The notes beneath the pieces were generated by a model. It was not told where the DNA came from. It made no database searches and saw only the letters and a program-made list of their open reading frames with translations. Source: a bacterium (lineage in GTDB: Bacteria; Zhuqueibacterota; Zhuqueibacteria; Residuimicrobiales; Krinioviventaceae). Taken from it: DNA of 64,000 nucleotides. Both the position numbers and the translations under genes were made by a program. Of the stretch, positions 29,550 to 39,134 are shown in pieces (positions within the stretch are counted from its first letter, which is position 1; the number at the start of each line of letters is the position of its first letter). The stretch spans positions 3,360,001 through 3,424,000 of the forward strand of contig OY843751.1 of NCBI GenBank assembly GCA_963693055.1, read 5' to 3'.

Positions 29550-30158
29550 TTAATCATTCCAATCTTTTACTGGGCGAATATTATCTTGCAACAACTGGTT
29601 TGTAAATTCACCAATACAATTTAAAATTTGATTCGTTTTTGGTATACTAAAAATAAACTCTAAATTCTTAATTAAAACGATCCCATTTTTATTAGAACGA
29701 AATTGATATTTTTTTAATAATGCCTTGAGTGATGAAATCTCTTTATCCCGAAGGTCTACAGGAATGGCAATTGTAATATATTTTTTGGAATTATTATAGA
29801 TAGGAAAAATAGAAATAATAAATCCGTTATGAGGACCTAGATACTGTCGTTCCTGTTGTTGATAACCATATAAAGTTAATGCAGTCATTTTAGGATTATT
29901 GAATAACCTTTTCTCTCTTTTAGGTCTGAAAATTTTTTCGTCTAAAAGCAAAATCGATCCTATTAAAATGGATAGAACAAGTGCAAAAAGGAATGCAAAA
30001 CAAAACAGAAAATAATCAAAATTATAATGTGATTTAATTATTATTACAATAGTAAACATAATCCATAAAACAATAAAATTCAGTAAATAGAATTGTTTTA
30101 TATTTTTCCATACTATTTTTAATAACGTTTCATTAGCTGAAAAAGTAGTAATTTTCAA
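29550..30158 (-). CDS. Hypothetical membrane protein (two N-terminal TM helices), AT-rich
   Basis: 202-aa ORF with TTG start behind GGAG. No recognised motif. Confidence 0.6.
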   Translation of the reverse strand: MKITTFSANETLLKIVWKNIKQFYLLNFIVLWIMFTIVIIIKSHYNFDYFLFCFAFLFALVLSILIGSILLLDEKIFRPKREKRLFNNPKMTALTLYGYQQQERQYLGPHNGFIISIFPIYNNSKKYITIAIPVDLRDKEISSLKALLKKYQFRSNKNGIVLIKNLEFIFSIPKTNQILNCIGEFTNQLLQDNIRPVKDWND

Positions 30159-30219
30159 CTTTAATCTCCACTATTTTGAATTTACATTTGAACATTGAAA
30201 TCATCAAGTTTTTCTCAAC

Positions 30220-30248
30220 CTCATTCCCAGGCAGAGCCAGGTAACGAG
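30220..30248. repeat. Degenerate REP-like palindrome (related copy at 26808..26835)
   Basis: CTCATTCCCAGGCAGAGCCAGGTAACGAG is an imperfect inverted repeat. 19/28 identity, ungapped, to CTCGTTCCAGTGCAAAGCCCATGAACGA. Confidence 0.4.
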
Positions 30249-30326
30249 AACTAGATAATTTCTATTAACAACCTTTATATCAGTATTAATCTGCGTTTAT
30301 CTGTGGTTCAATAATTAAAAATTTAA

Positions 30327-31469
30327 TTATGTATTCGGTAAAACCTCTATCACTGAAACCGGACAAGCAATCACGCACGCACCACACCCAACACATGCAT
30401 CCTTTATAATCTCGGGGCTGGCAGAAAAATCTGTATTCGATTTTTTAATCACCACTGCCTGATAAGAACAGAAATTTTTACACTGGTTACATTCTTTTAA
30501 TTGTGTCAGCAAGCAATCTTTAACATGGATAACAGCAATGCCCATGACATAATTCTTCTTTTCATCACCGGTAATTCTTTTCAACGTTCCTGAAGGACAC
30601 ACATCTCCACAGGCTGTACATTCCGGTAGACAATAGCCATTTTTTAAGGAAACATGCGGCGTTAAAATGCCTGCCAAATCAGAGAGATCAAACGAGGATT
30701 GTATTATATCCGTAGGACACGCTTTACCACAATTACCGCAACGTAGGCAACTTGCCAGCAGTTCTGCTTCCGGTAATGCAGCAGGCGGACGGATAACAGT
30801 CCTGCGAGTATTTGAAAAGACAGACCGGATTGAAAATCCTGCTGCGAACCCGGTTATCGCTCCCAGGGCCAATCTTCTCGAGTGGTTAAAACGGGACTGT
30901 TGAGACCGGAAAACCAATCGTTTCAGACGGGTTAGCAAGTCCTGTAATCCTCCAAGCGGACAAACCTTGCCGCACCAGACAAAGGGTAAAACAAAATTCA
31001 AAAGCAGCAGCAATACGAGTCCGGCAGCTTTGAGGATAATAAGAAAAACCGGTTGGCTTTTAAAAGCACTGAAAAATGTATAAAAAATAGATATGGGGTC
31101 CAATAATCCCAAAATGGTTGTCCCTGTCAAGGCTGCAACTAATCCCGCAACGGCTAGCGCTATTCCCAATGCGGGAATGTGCTTGACAATCCCAGAACGT
31201 CTTCCCCGTTTTGATACCGCATCACAAAGCGCACCGGTGGGACACATCCATTTACAATACCAGCGATGACGCATAAAAGATGCAATCAATACAAGTATGG
31301 CAATTACCTGCAGCCCCCCAAAAGTAAATTGACCAATGACCATCAACAGCATTAGATAGGGACTGGTCCATAAATAGAAACCGCTGAACCCTTTCCAGGA
31401 TATAGGTAATGCAAACAAAACTGCAATACCAAATAAAATCCAACGAACATTAAAAGACTTGAACCTCAT
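30327..31469 (-). CDS. Membrane polyferredoxin (NapH/MauN-like membrane part fused to a NapG/MauM-like 4Fe-4S part)
   Basis: WYCKWMCPTG, WCGKVCPLG, IRPP, CLRCGNCGKACP and CVGCGACVIACP. Confidence 0.85.
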   Translation of the reverse strand: MRFKSFNVRWILFGIAVLFALPISWKGFSGFYLWTSPYLMLLMVIGQFTFGGLQVIAILVLIASFMRHRWYCKWMCPTGALCDAVSKRGRRSGIVKHIPALGIALAVAGLVAALTGTTILGLLDPISIFYTFFSAFKSQPVFLIILKAAGLVLLLLLNFVLPFVWCGKVCPLGGLQDLLTRLKRLVFRSQQSRFNHSRRLALGAITGFAAGFSIRSVFSNTRRTVIRPPAALPEAELLASCLRCGNCGKACPTDIIQSSFDLSDLAGILTPHVSLKNGYCLPECTACGDVCPSGTLKRITGDEKKNYVMGIAVIHVKDCLLTQLKECNQCKNFCSYQAVVIKKSNTDFSASPEIIKDACVGCGACVIACPVSVIEVLPNT

Positions 31470-32791
31470 CCCAAATTGGCCTTTTGCTCACGTAACAGAT
31501 TTTGTACCTGGGGAACATCCACGGATTTAGCGGTTGTATTGTTTTTCGCTGCAATGGCAGCCGCTGCTCCGGCTGCATGCCCGGTAATCAGGCAGGTACC
31601 AATGATTCGTGTATCCTGAAACAGGGATTCTTCAAAATCAAAACAACGTCCTGCTACTAGAAGGTTTTGCGTATTTGACGGGATTAATGATCTTAGGGGT
31701 ATTTGCCACAAGGGCCTTTTTTTCATAGGAACGCGTTTCCCCTGGTAAGGAATAGTTGTCCACGCTCCGCTTATGCCCACAACATCCTTGAATGATTTAA
31801 AAGTCATGGAATCCTGAAGGGTTAAACGATATTCTCCATTCAACAATCGGGAGATACGGGTTCCCAACTGTGATGCCGTATCAAGCACGTATAATTTCTC
31901 ATATCCCGGAGTAGATTTGATCTTTTTAAATGTTTCCCAAATATCCAAGCGATACTGCTGTTGCATGTGAGACAGGTTCCAGGCATCCAACACATCCTGA
32001 TAGTCACCGGTAGTCATATTGACCCAATTTACGCCTTCTATGGGGGTCGATTTGCCAATATTCAATTCTTTGTATCCGGGTTTGGTTTTATCCACCAGAT
32101 GGGTATTACCCAGACGATGTACCAACCCAACCTCATATTTCATGGTACGATAGGATTCACCTGCCAGATGATAAATATCACCATCCCCCGTACAATCCAC
32201 AATCATTTTTGCTACAATTGCACCGCGTCCCGATTTTGTTTCTACCAGTACAGCTTTAATATGGTCATTTTCAACAATCACATTACCTGCCCAAGCATGA
32301 TACAACATGCGCACCCCGGCTTCTTTGACCATCTCTTCCATTACATACTTGCCGGCCTCTGGATCTATAATCGTGTTATAATCCCGTATAGCCATGCCCA
32401 TATCACGCAGTTTTTGTTCAATTTCTCCACCAATGCCATACAAAACGCGTTTAAACTTTCCGGATTCATCAATTGCATGCGTAGATAACAATGGCAAAAC
32501 CAATCCACCGGTCCATAAACCACCCAGATGGTTATAACGCTCAGTGAGAACAACATCAGCGCCGGCCCTACCTGCAGATACCGCCGCCGCTACACCGGCA
32601 GGCCCTCCTCCCACCACAAGTACATCCGTTGTTGCCAGGATAGGTATGTCACGCGCAGGTTCACGTATGGTATCAACACCGGTCAAATCCGTAGTTTTAG
32701 TCTTAACTGCTTCTTTATTTTCACATCCAGTACTACTCATGACCGCGCCGGCACCTGCAGCCAAAGTGGTTAAAAACCTGCGACGTTTCAT
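31466..32791 (-). CDS. Tat-exported FAD-dependent oxidoreductase (FAD_oxidored family), probable lipoprotein
   Basis: MKRRRFL signal with STGC, GGGPAG, LGGLWTGG, DCTGDGD and NLLVAGRC. GGAGG SD before ATG 32791. Confidence 0.87.
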   Translation of the reverse strand: MKRRRFLTTLAAGAGAVMSSTGCENKEAVKTKTTDLTGVDTIREPARDIPILATTDVLVVGGGPAGVAAAVSAGRAGADVVLTERYNHLGGLWTGGLVLPLLSTHAIDESGKFKRVLYGIGGEIEQKLRDMGMAIRDYNTIIDPEAGKYVMEEMVKEAGVRMLYHAWAGNVIVENDHIKAVLVETKSGRGAIVAKMIVDCTGDGDIYHLAGESYRTMKYEVGLVHRLGNTHLVDKTKPGYKELNIGKSTPIEGVNWVNMTTGDYQDVLDAWNLSHMQQQYRLDIWETFKKIKSTPGYEKLYVLDTASQLGTRISRLLNGEYRLTLQDSMTFKSFKDVVGISGAWTTIPYQGKRVPMKKRPLWQIPLRSLIPSNTQNLLVAGRCFDFEESLFQDTRIIGTCLITGHAAGAAAAIAAKNNTTAKSVDVPQVQNLLREQKANLG

Positions 32792-32868
32792 TTTTCCTCC
32801 TCCTGTATTATCTTTGTAATTTTTATAAATTAAGGATTTATTTACGAAAATCAAGCAGGAAACAAAAC

Positions 32869-32897
32869 TTGCATTTCGAACATATGTTCATTATATT
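32869..32897 (+). promoter_or_regulatory. Sigma-70 promoter with a palindromic operator in the spacer
   Basis: TTGCAT-17 nt-TATATT. Perfect 12-bp palindrome GAACATATGTTC at 32878..32889. Confidence 0.65.
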
Positions 32898-32927
32898 GTG
32901 CCGCATGAATCATCATAAAGGATAAAA

Positions 32928-33392
32928 ATGTCACGCACAAAAAAACAAAAAATGGTTGAAACACCACCCGTATTTAAAACATTCAAACCGGTTGGGATCA
33001 AACGAAGTAACCTGCAACATCTGGCTCTGAATCTGGATGAATATGAAGCCATAAGACTTGCAGATTATATGGGTTTAGACCATAAAGAAGCTGCAGAAGA
33101 AATGGATATATCACGTCCATCCTTTTCACGTTTAATTGAACATGCAAGAAACAAACTGGCCACATTTCTAATTGAAGGTAAAGCATTGGCTATTGAAGGT
33201 GGAAACATACATTTCAGGGGGAACATATATCAATGTTTACAATGTGATCATATGTTCAATATTAGTATTGAAAACAGTATGAATGAATGTCCATCTTGCA
33301 GTTCAAAAACACTGGTCAATCTTGCTGGCGGCTTTGGTCATGGTGAGTGTTGTGTAAAAAATCTTGAACAGGATGATGAAAACCATGCATAA
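32928..33392 (+). CDS. DUF134 (UPF0251) DNA-binding protein with C-terminal Zn ribbon
   Basis: FKPVG, LDEYEAIRLADYMGLDHKEAAEEMDISRPSFSR HTH, CxxC...CxxC. Confidence 0.88.
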   Translation: MSRTKKQKMVETPPVFKTFKPVGIKRSNLQHLALNLDEYEAIRLADYMGLDHKEAAEEMDISRPSFSRLIEHARNKLATFLIEGKALAIEGGNIHFRGNIYQCLQCDHMFNISIENSMNECPSCSSKTLVNLAGGFGHGECCVKNLEQDDENHA

Positions 33393-33441
33393 TTTTAAAT
33401 AACAATATTTTAAAAACAAAACGACAAGACTCGAGGAAGTA

Positions 33442-34803
33442 ATGAAAAAGACAGACGTATTGGTAATTGGAAGCAGCGCAGCAGGTTTGGTTGCCGCAAT
33501 AACAGCAAAAACAGTTAATCCGGATAAAGATATCGCAGTAATTCGCAAGGAAGAAAAAACACTGGTTCCTTGTGGAATTCCTTATATTTTTGCTTCAGTA
33601 GAAAGCAGCGACAATAACATTCTGCCATCAGACAAAATGTTTCAAAGCGCAGGAGTAAACCTGACAATTGGCAGTGTATCATCAATATCACGTAATGATA
33701 AAAAATGTATTTTGGAAAACGGTGATGAAATAGCATATGATAAACTGGTAATCGCAACAGGATCTTCTCCCTCTATACCCAAATGGTTAAAAGGCGCAAA
33801 TTTGAATAATGTATTCACTGTTCCCAAAAACAAAGTATATCTTGATGAAATGCAGGAAAAGCTGCAAGACTGCAATAAAGTTATCACTATTGGAGCAGGT
33901 TTTATTGGCGTTGAACTTTCAGACGAGTTGAACAAAGCTGGCAAAGAGGTAACCCTGGTTGAAAAGTTGCCACACATATTAGGATTGGCATTTGATGAAA
34001 AGATTGCCAGCAGAGCAGCCACCCTTTTGACAGAAAGAGGTGTTAATATCAGAACGGGTATTGGTGTTAAAGAAATTGTTGGTGATGGCAAGGTTAGTGG
34101 TGTATTGCTTGAAAATGGAGAGACACTTGAGGCAGACGCCGTTGTTTTAGCAATGGGATGCAAACCCAACTCTCAATTGGCTCTGGACGCAGACTTGCCT
34201 GTCAGTTCAAATGGCTTTATCAAAGTAGATGAATATATGCGTACCGAAGACTCGGATATTTTTGCAGTTGGTGATTGTGCAGAAAAAAGAGATTTTATTA
34301 CCCGCAAGCCCAATTCCGTAATGCTTGCTTCTACTGCATGTGCAGAAGCCAGAACAGCCGGAATCAATTTGTACAAATTGTCCGTTGTTAAGACTTTTAC
34401 CGGAACTATATCTATCTTTTCAACAGCAATTGGAGACACTGGGTTTGGAGTTGCCGGGCTAAACGAGTCTAGAGCGAGAGCAGAAGGATTTGATATCATT
34501 ACCGGAGAGTTTGAAGGAATGGATAAACATCCGGGTACATTACCGGGAACACAAAAACAATTAGTTAAACTCATAGTCAGTAAAGAATCCGGAATCATTC
34601 TGGGTGGTGAAATTGTTGGTGGATTGTCCGTAGGAGAATTGACCAATACCCTGGGATTCATCATCCAAAACCGGATGGATGTAAATGACATTCTGACGTC
34701 ACAAATAGGAACACATCCGCTGTTGACTGCTTCGCCTGCCGGGTATCCCCTGTTAAAAGCAGCCGGTGATGCTGCCAAGAAAAAAATGGGGCTGGCCGCG
34801 TAA
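33442..34803 (+). CDS. Pyridine nucleotide-disulfide oxidoreductase (NADH oxidase/CoA-disulfide reductase family)
   Basis: IGSSAAG, single active Cys in VPCGIPY, ATGS, IGAGFIGVE and FAVGDC. Confidence 0.9.
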   Translation: MKKTDVLVIGSSAAGLVAAITAKTVNPDKDIAVIRKEEKTLVPCGIPYIFASVESSDNNILPSDKMFQSAGVNLTIGSVSSISRNDKKCILENGDEIAYDKLVIATGSSPSIPKWLKGANLNNVFTVPKNKVYLDEMQEKLQDCNKVITIGAGFIGVELSDELNKAGKEVTLVEKLPHILGLAFDEKIASRAATLLTERGVNIRTGIGVKEIVGDGKVSGVLLENGETLEADAVVLAMGCKPNSQLALDADLPVSSNGFIKVDEYMRTEDSDIFAVGDCAEKRDFITRKPNSVMLASTACAEARTAGINLYKLSVVKTFTGTISIFSTAIGDTGFGVAGLNESRARAEGFDIITGEFEGMDKHPGTLPGTQKQLVKLIVSKESGIILGGEIVGGLSVGELTNTLGFIIQNRMDVNDILTSQIGTHPLLTASPAGYPLLKAAGDAAKKKMGLAA

Positions 34804-34821
34804 ATAATTGATCTAAAATAC

Positions 34822-34860
34822 AATAGTCTTATTGCAAATTTATATTGCAATAAGACTATT
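34822..34860. terminator. Bidirectional terminator (16-bp perfect stem)
   Basis: AATAGTCTTATTGCAA-ATTTATA-TTGCAATAAGACTATT between convergent genes. Confidence 0.75.
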
Positions 34861-34867
34861 TTTATAT

Positions 34868-36061
34868 TTAATCTGATGCATTCGATGTTTTGAAATGGAA
34901 TTTTAAAATAAAATACCCCAATATACCGGATGCAATAGAGCCTACCAGAATGCCCAGTCGTTCATCAAAAATCAAATCTACACCGGTTTCCTCAAATGCC
35001 AGAGACCCAATAAAGAGACTCATGGTAAAACCTATACCACATAGCGCAGCGGTACCATATAATCGGGTCCAGTTCATACCTTTGGGTAATACAGCTAGAC
35101 CAATTTTCACTGATAACCAACATAACAAGAATATTCCAACTTGTTTTCCAATAAATAATCCCAATGCAATACCCACAGGGACATTATGGAACAACTGGTC
35201 CATGCCACTGCCAATGAGCGTCAGACCCGCGTTTGAAAAAGCAAAGATGGGTAAAATGATAAAAGCGACCGCATCATGCAGGTCGTGTTCCATACTTTTC
35301 AAGGGAGAATAATCAGGATTGGTTTTAGACTGGATGGGTATAAACATTGCCAATACCACACCCGCAAGAGTAGCATGAATACCGGATTTCAACATGGCTA
35401 CCCACATGACGATTCCGATAAAAATATAAACACTTTTCGATTCCACTCCCTTTTTATTCAAAAGCCACAATATGGGGAGCAGCAAGACCACAACCAGCAA
35501 TGCAATTTTAGAAATATTTGATGTATAGAAAACTGCAATGATCAATATGGCCCCAATATCATCAAAAATCGCCAGGGATGTGAGAAAAATCTTGAGACTG
35601 GTAGGCACCTGGGGCCCAAGCAATGAAAGTATACCCAATGCAAAAGCGATATCTGTTGCCGCGGGTATGGCCCAACCCTGTATTGCAGAAGGATCGTTAT
35701 AGTTGAATGCAAAATAAATCAGTGCCGGCACAGCCATGCCTCCAATTGCACCAACACCAGGTAAAATAATGTTTCGCTTGTCGCGAAGTTCACCTTCAAG
35801 CACTTCACGTTTCAACTCCAGACCAATCATGAAAAAGAAAAATGCCATCAGTCCGTCATTGATCCATAAAAGCAGGGGCTTGGCAATTTTTAACGGTCCT
35901 ATAATCACTGCAACTTTAGAGGTTAACAGCAGATCATAATATTCCCGCAAAGGAGTATTGGCTACAACAAGCGCAAGTATAGTGGCAATCATCAGTACGA
36001 TACCACCAGATGATTCTTTTTTCAGGAAATTTGAAATTACGGAATTATTCTCATTCGTCAT
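34868..36061 (-). CDS. nhaA: Na+/H+ antiporter NhaA
   Basis: WINDGLMA, GLELKRE, GWAIPAATDIAFALG, LAIFDD and LCGIGFTMSLFI. Confidence 0.96.
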   Translation of the reverse strand: MTNENNSVISNFLKKESSGGIVLMIATILALVVANTPLREYYDLLLTSKVAVIIGPLKIAKPLLLWINDGLMAFFFFMIGLELKREVLEGELRDKRNIILPGVGAIGGMAVPALIYFAFNYNDPSAIQGWAIPAATDIAFALGILSLLGPQVPTSLKIFLTSLAIFDDIGAILIIAVFYTSNISKIALLVVVLLLPILWLLNKKGVESKSVYIFIGIVMWVAMLKSGIHATLAGVVLAMFIPIQSKTNPDYSPLKSMEHDLHDAVAFIILPIFAFSNAGLTLIGSGMDQLFHNVPVGIALGLFIGKQVGIFLLCWLSVKIGLAVLPKGMNWTRLYGTAALCGIGFTMSLFIGSLAFEETGVDLIFDERLGILVGSIASGILGYFILKFHFKTSNASD

Positions 36062-36120
36062 AGATTGTTCCTGTATTTAGTGAGTATTAATTTATACTAT
36101 ATACAAAAATTTCAACAACT

Positions 36121-37413
36121 CTATTTCCAAAACTCGTATACCCTGTCCAAACTTTCCCGTTCTTTTAATATTTTAAAGGATTCACCATCATTGAAATATC
36201 CAACAACTTTGGGTAGTTGTCGGCTATTGTGACGTGACCACATGCCCATGGTATACGCGCCGGTATCATGAATAATGAGATGGTCGCCTTCTTCTAACTC
36301 CGGTAATTCAACATCTCGCGCAATGATGTCCCCTGCAAAACACAAAGGACCGGCAATGGTATACTGGTCTGTTTTATCCAAAGATTTGAGATTCCCCTGC
36401 GCATCAGTAACGGCAATCTCGTGGTGCCAGTCCTGCGGCAAATAGCAGGCACGCATAAGCAGATCTGCTCCCACATGGATCATTGCCGTTTTCACTCCTG
36501 CCAGGTCTTTGACATACTCGACGCGACTAGCAGTCCATCCACAATTGGCGTGCATATATCGCCCAAATTCAGTAAAGAGTCTATATGTACCAATAAAAAG
36601 TTGAGGAAAACGGGACTGCAATGCATCCCGATAATCTTTCATACTGTCAGGAGCAACATCCCGAAAATAGGAAACCGGCAGACCGCCACCCAAATCAAAA
36701 ATATCGATACGTCTGTCACTGCCTGTCTGTTCTAGTTTAGCGTTGACAGTTTCCGCAAACTCTAATACCCGTTCAACGCCATTCAAGAGCAGCTCCATCT
36801 CGCACCCTTGCGATCCCACATGCAAGTGAACACCGGTCAGCCATCCATATTTCAAATATATATTTAAAAGCTCATCGTACATGTCATTCAGAGGAATACC
36901 AAATTTAGAGTATTTCCCCGCCACACTGGTAATCCCTATTTTTCCACTCCCCACCTGTGGATTAATGCGAATACCGATGGTGCTATTGCTTTTATTATCT
37001 TTAAGGAATTCATCAATACGTTCAAGTTCCTGAAAAGAATCAGCATTTACATGAGCACCCAGTTCAAGGGCGTATTCAAGTTCTTGCCGGGTTTTTGCCG
37101 GTGAATCAAAAACCATCTTTTGGGGATCATAACCGCATTTCTCTGCAAAATAGAGCTCGGGTAAGGTAGCGGCTTCTGCTCCGGCTCCCAGAGTTTTCAA
37201 ATAATCCAATAAAGCAATCAGAGGATTCGCTTTTATAGCAACCGAATGCAATGTATCTTTGGGGAACAGGCTTTTTAAATCGTTAAATTTTTCTTCAAGA
37301 AATGACAGATCATGAAACATGACAGCCGTATCGTCAACTGTTAACAGTTCTGAATATTTTAATGCATTTTGTAATGCAATAGATGCTTTTAGATCACTGA
37401 TTCGATTTTGCAT
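36121..37413 (-). CDS. Fold-type III PLP decarboxylase, diaminopimelate decarboxylase-like (second, divergent paralog)
   Basis: VAIKANP (PLP Lys), SKFG, HLHVGSQ, DLGGG, EFGRY, GPLCFAGD and GAY. Confidence 0.8.
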   Translation of the reverse strand: MQNRISDLKASIALQNALKYSELLTVDDTAVMFHDLSFLEEKFNDLKSLFPKDTLHSVAIKANPLIALLDYLKTLGAGAEAATLPELYFAEKCGYDPQKMVFDSPAKTRQELEYALELGAHVNADSFQELERIDEFLKDNKSNSTIGIRINPQVGSGKIGITSVAGKYSKFGIPLNDMYDELLNIYLKYGWLTGVHLHVGSQGCEMELLLNGVERVLEFAETVNAKLEQTGSDRRIDIFDLGGGLPVSYFRDVAPDSMKDYRDALQSRFPQLFIGTYRLFTEFGRYMHANCGWTASRVEYVKDLAGVKTAMIHVGADLLMRACYLPQDWHHEIAVTDAQGNLKSLDKTDQYTIAGPLCFAGDIIARDVELPELEEGDHLIIHDTGAYTMGMWSRHNSRQLPKVVGYFNDGESFKILKERESLDRVYEFWK

Positions 37414-37531
37414 TTTTCTTCCCGGGTTCAAGTATAAAATAATATAGAAAAAAAAGAACAATTCACAAATGAAATCAGGGATGCAGCTTTAGAAATGAAA
37501 AAGCCCAATTCAAAGAACCGGGCCTGTAAAC

Positions 37532-38308
37532 TTAGATATTATAAATCGCGGATAATCGCACCATCCATCCATTTTTATCTGGGACCGTAGGCAATACACG
37601 CGGTGCCATGCTCGATTGATTGCTCTCGGTAAGGTAAAAAATAGGTCCGGCTCCCAACCGGATTTGCATGGATTCGGTCAACATCTTGACATTGGGACTC
37701 AGCAAAAGTTTTGCACCGCCATCGGCCTCTTCTTCTTCAAAAAAGCCTTCCAAATCTTCGCTCACAAACTCTATTCCCAAATGGAAGCGCTTGCTCACCT
37801 GCATATTGGTACCCATGGAAAACAAAACATCCACAGCATCGCGATCATCAGAAAAAGGCTTTTGTAAAACAAAATTTGCCGCTGTTCCCCATTTTCCTCT
37901 GATCCAGCTAGCAACTAACCGTGTTTGTGCAGTTTGCACAGCTTGGAATTCACGTATCCAGGCGCCACCTACACTAAAGGAAAGACCGTATTTTCTCATT
38001 TTATAGAAATCATACATTAACTCTATTTGTCCTGAAGAGATGGCATTATCATCATCTTTTTCAAATATGGTGGTAGCAACTGCCGATAAATTCAAATTAT
38101 CGCTAAATCCATAAACACCGCCAAGACGCTGTTCCAAACCATCTTCACCAAAGGGCTGTACCGCGCGTAAAGCATAGGCAGATTCATATTTTGTGCGCCA
38201 CTGGTTCTTTTCAACTTGTCCTGGAGTAACCAGATACAAAAAATTCCCATATTGCGCAAAACTCTGTACTGCAAACAACATAACTGCTAAAAGTATCCAT
38301 TTTTTCAT
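37532..38308 (-). CDS. Putative outer-membrane beta-barrel protein
   Basis: Signal peptide (SFA), amphipathic beta-strands, C-terminal VRLSAIYNI. Confidence 0.6.
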   Translation of the reverse strand: MKKWILLAVMLFAVQSFAQYGNFLYLVTPGQVEKNQWRTKYESAYALRAVQPFGEDGLEQRLGGVYGFSDNLNLSAVATTIFEKDDDNAISSGQIELMYDFYKMRKYGLSFSVGGAWIREFQAVQTAQTRLVASWIRGKWGTAANFVLQKPFSDDRDAVDVLFSMGTNMQVSKRFHLGIEFVSEDLEGFFEEEEADGGAKLLLSPNVKMLTESMQIRLGAGPIFYLTESNQSSMAPRVLPTVPDKNGWMVRLSAIYNI

Positions 38309-38342
38309 AATCGTTCCATTTGTAATATTATTAAACAGTAAA

Positions 38343-39113
38343 CTAGTTATCGAACAAACCATCAGGATAAAAAGAATTCAGAAAATCCTCATTTTCCAGC
38401 AAGTGTTTATTTACCTCGTTGGAATCCCGTTCAATCAGATATTTTAATTCTTTAATATTATCTGACCATCTTAATCCATTAAAAAACTGCACTCCCTCGA
38501 ACTGGGTCTTGTAGAGTGCTCCACGGCTGTAACATGAACCCAGGTATATATATTCCACTCCCTTTTCCTGCATAAACCGAACTGTCCAGGTCATCATATA
38601 CATGCCCAAATTATTGTGAAAATAATCCAGATCATAAAATGAATAGTAATAAAAGGCCATTTGTGGTTCCTGCAGATACAAAAACACAATACCCACATCC
38701 TGTCCGGTCTCTGTATCAGAAAAAATCAAAACATGAGATATAATGGGCGACTGCATTAACTTGTCCAGACGTTCATAGCTCATCACATCCTGACCGAATT
38801 TAGCATCCGCATAGGTTTTACAAAACTCGCGCCACTGCGATGTAAATTCAAAATCCTCACGAGCAATCAGCCTGGCATTAACACCCTCACCTTTACGTAA
38901 AACACGACGGTTCTCGGACGATGGCGAGAAATCCTTTAATTGAACGCGTATATTCCGGCACAAATAAAACCGGCTGAGATCCGGCTTGTTGGGTAAAAAG
39001 CCCCTGTCAAAAATATCGGCAGGGGTTTCATTTTCTTCCGGCTCAGCCCAAATAGCATAGGGGAATATATAATTTGAATAATCGGATTTATACTCTGAAA
39101 AATATAACTTCAT
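38343..39113 (-). CDS. Aminoacyl-tRNA:protein transferase-like protein (ATE1/Bpt family)
   Basis: RGFLP, RNIRVQLKDFSPSSENRRVLRK and YYSFYDLDYFHNNLGMY...EYIYLGSCYSRGALYK match the ATE_C pattern YxFYDP..SLG...YxYLGY....MxYK. Confidence 0.75.
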   Translation of the reverse strand: MKLYFSEYKSDYSNYIFPYAIWAEPEENETPADIFDRGFLPNKPDLSRFYLCRNIRVQLKDFSPSSENRRVLRKGEGVNARLIAREDFEFTSQWREFCKTYADAKFGQDVMSYERLDKLMQSPIISHVLIFSDTETGQDVGIVFLYLQEPQMAFYYYSFYDLDYFHNNLGMYMMTWTVRFMQEKGVEYIYLGSCYSRGALYKTQFEGVQFFNGLRWSDNIKELKYLIERDSNEVNKHLLENEDFLNSFYPDGLFDN

Positions 39114-39134
39114 AAGATAATAAACACCTTTTCC

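Noticed and set aside
34173-34850. 225-aa antisense ORF (also 33642..34169)
   Set aside because: Shadow of the NADH oxidase-family gene.
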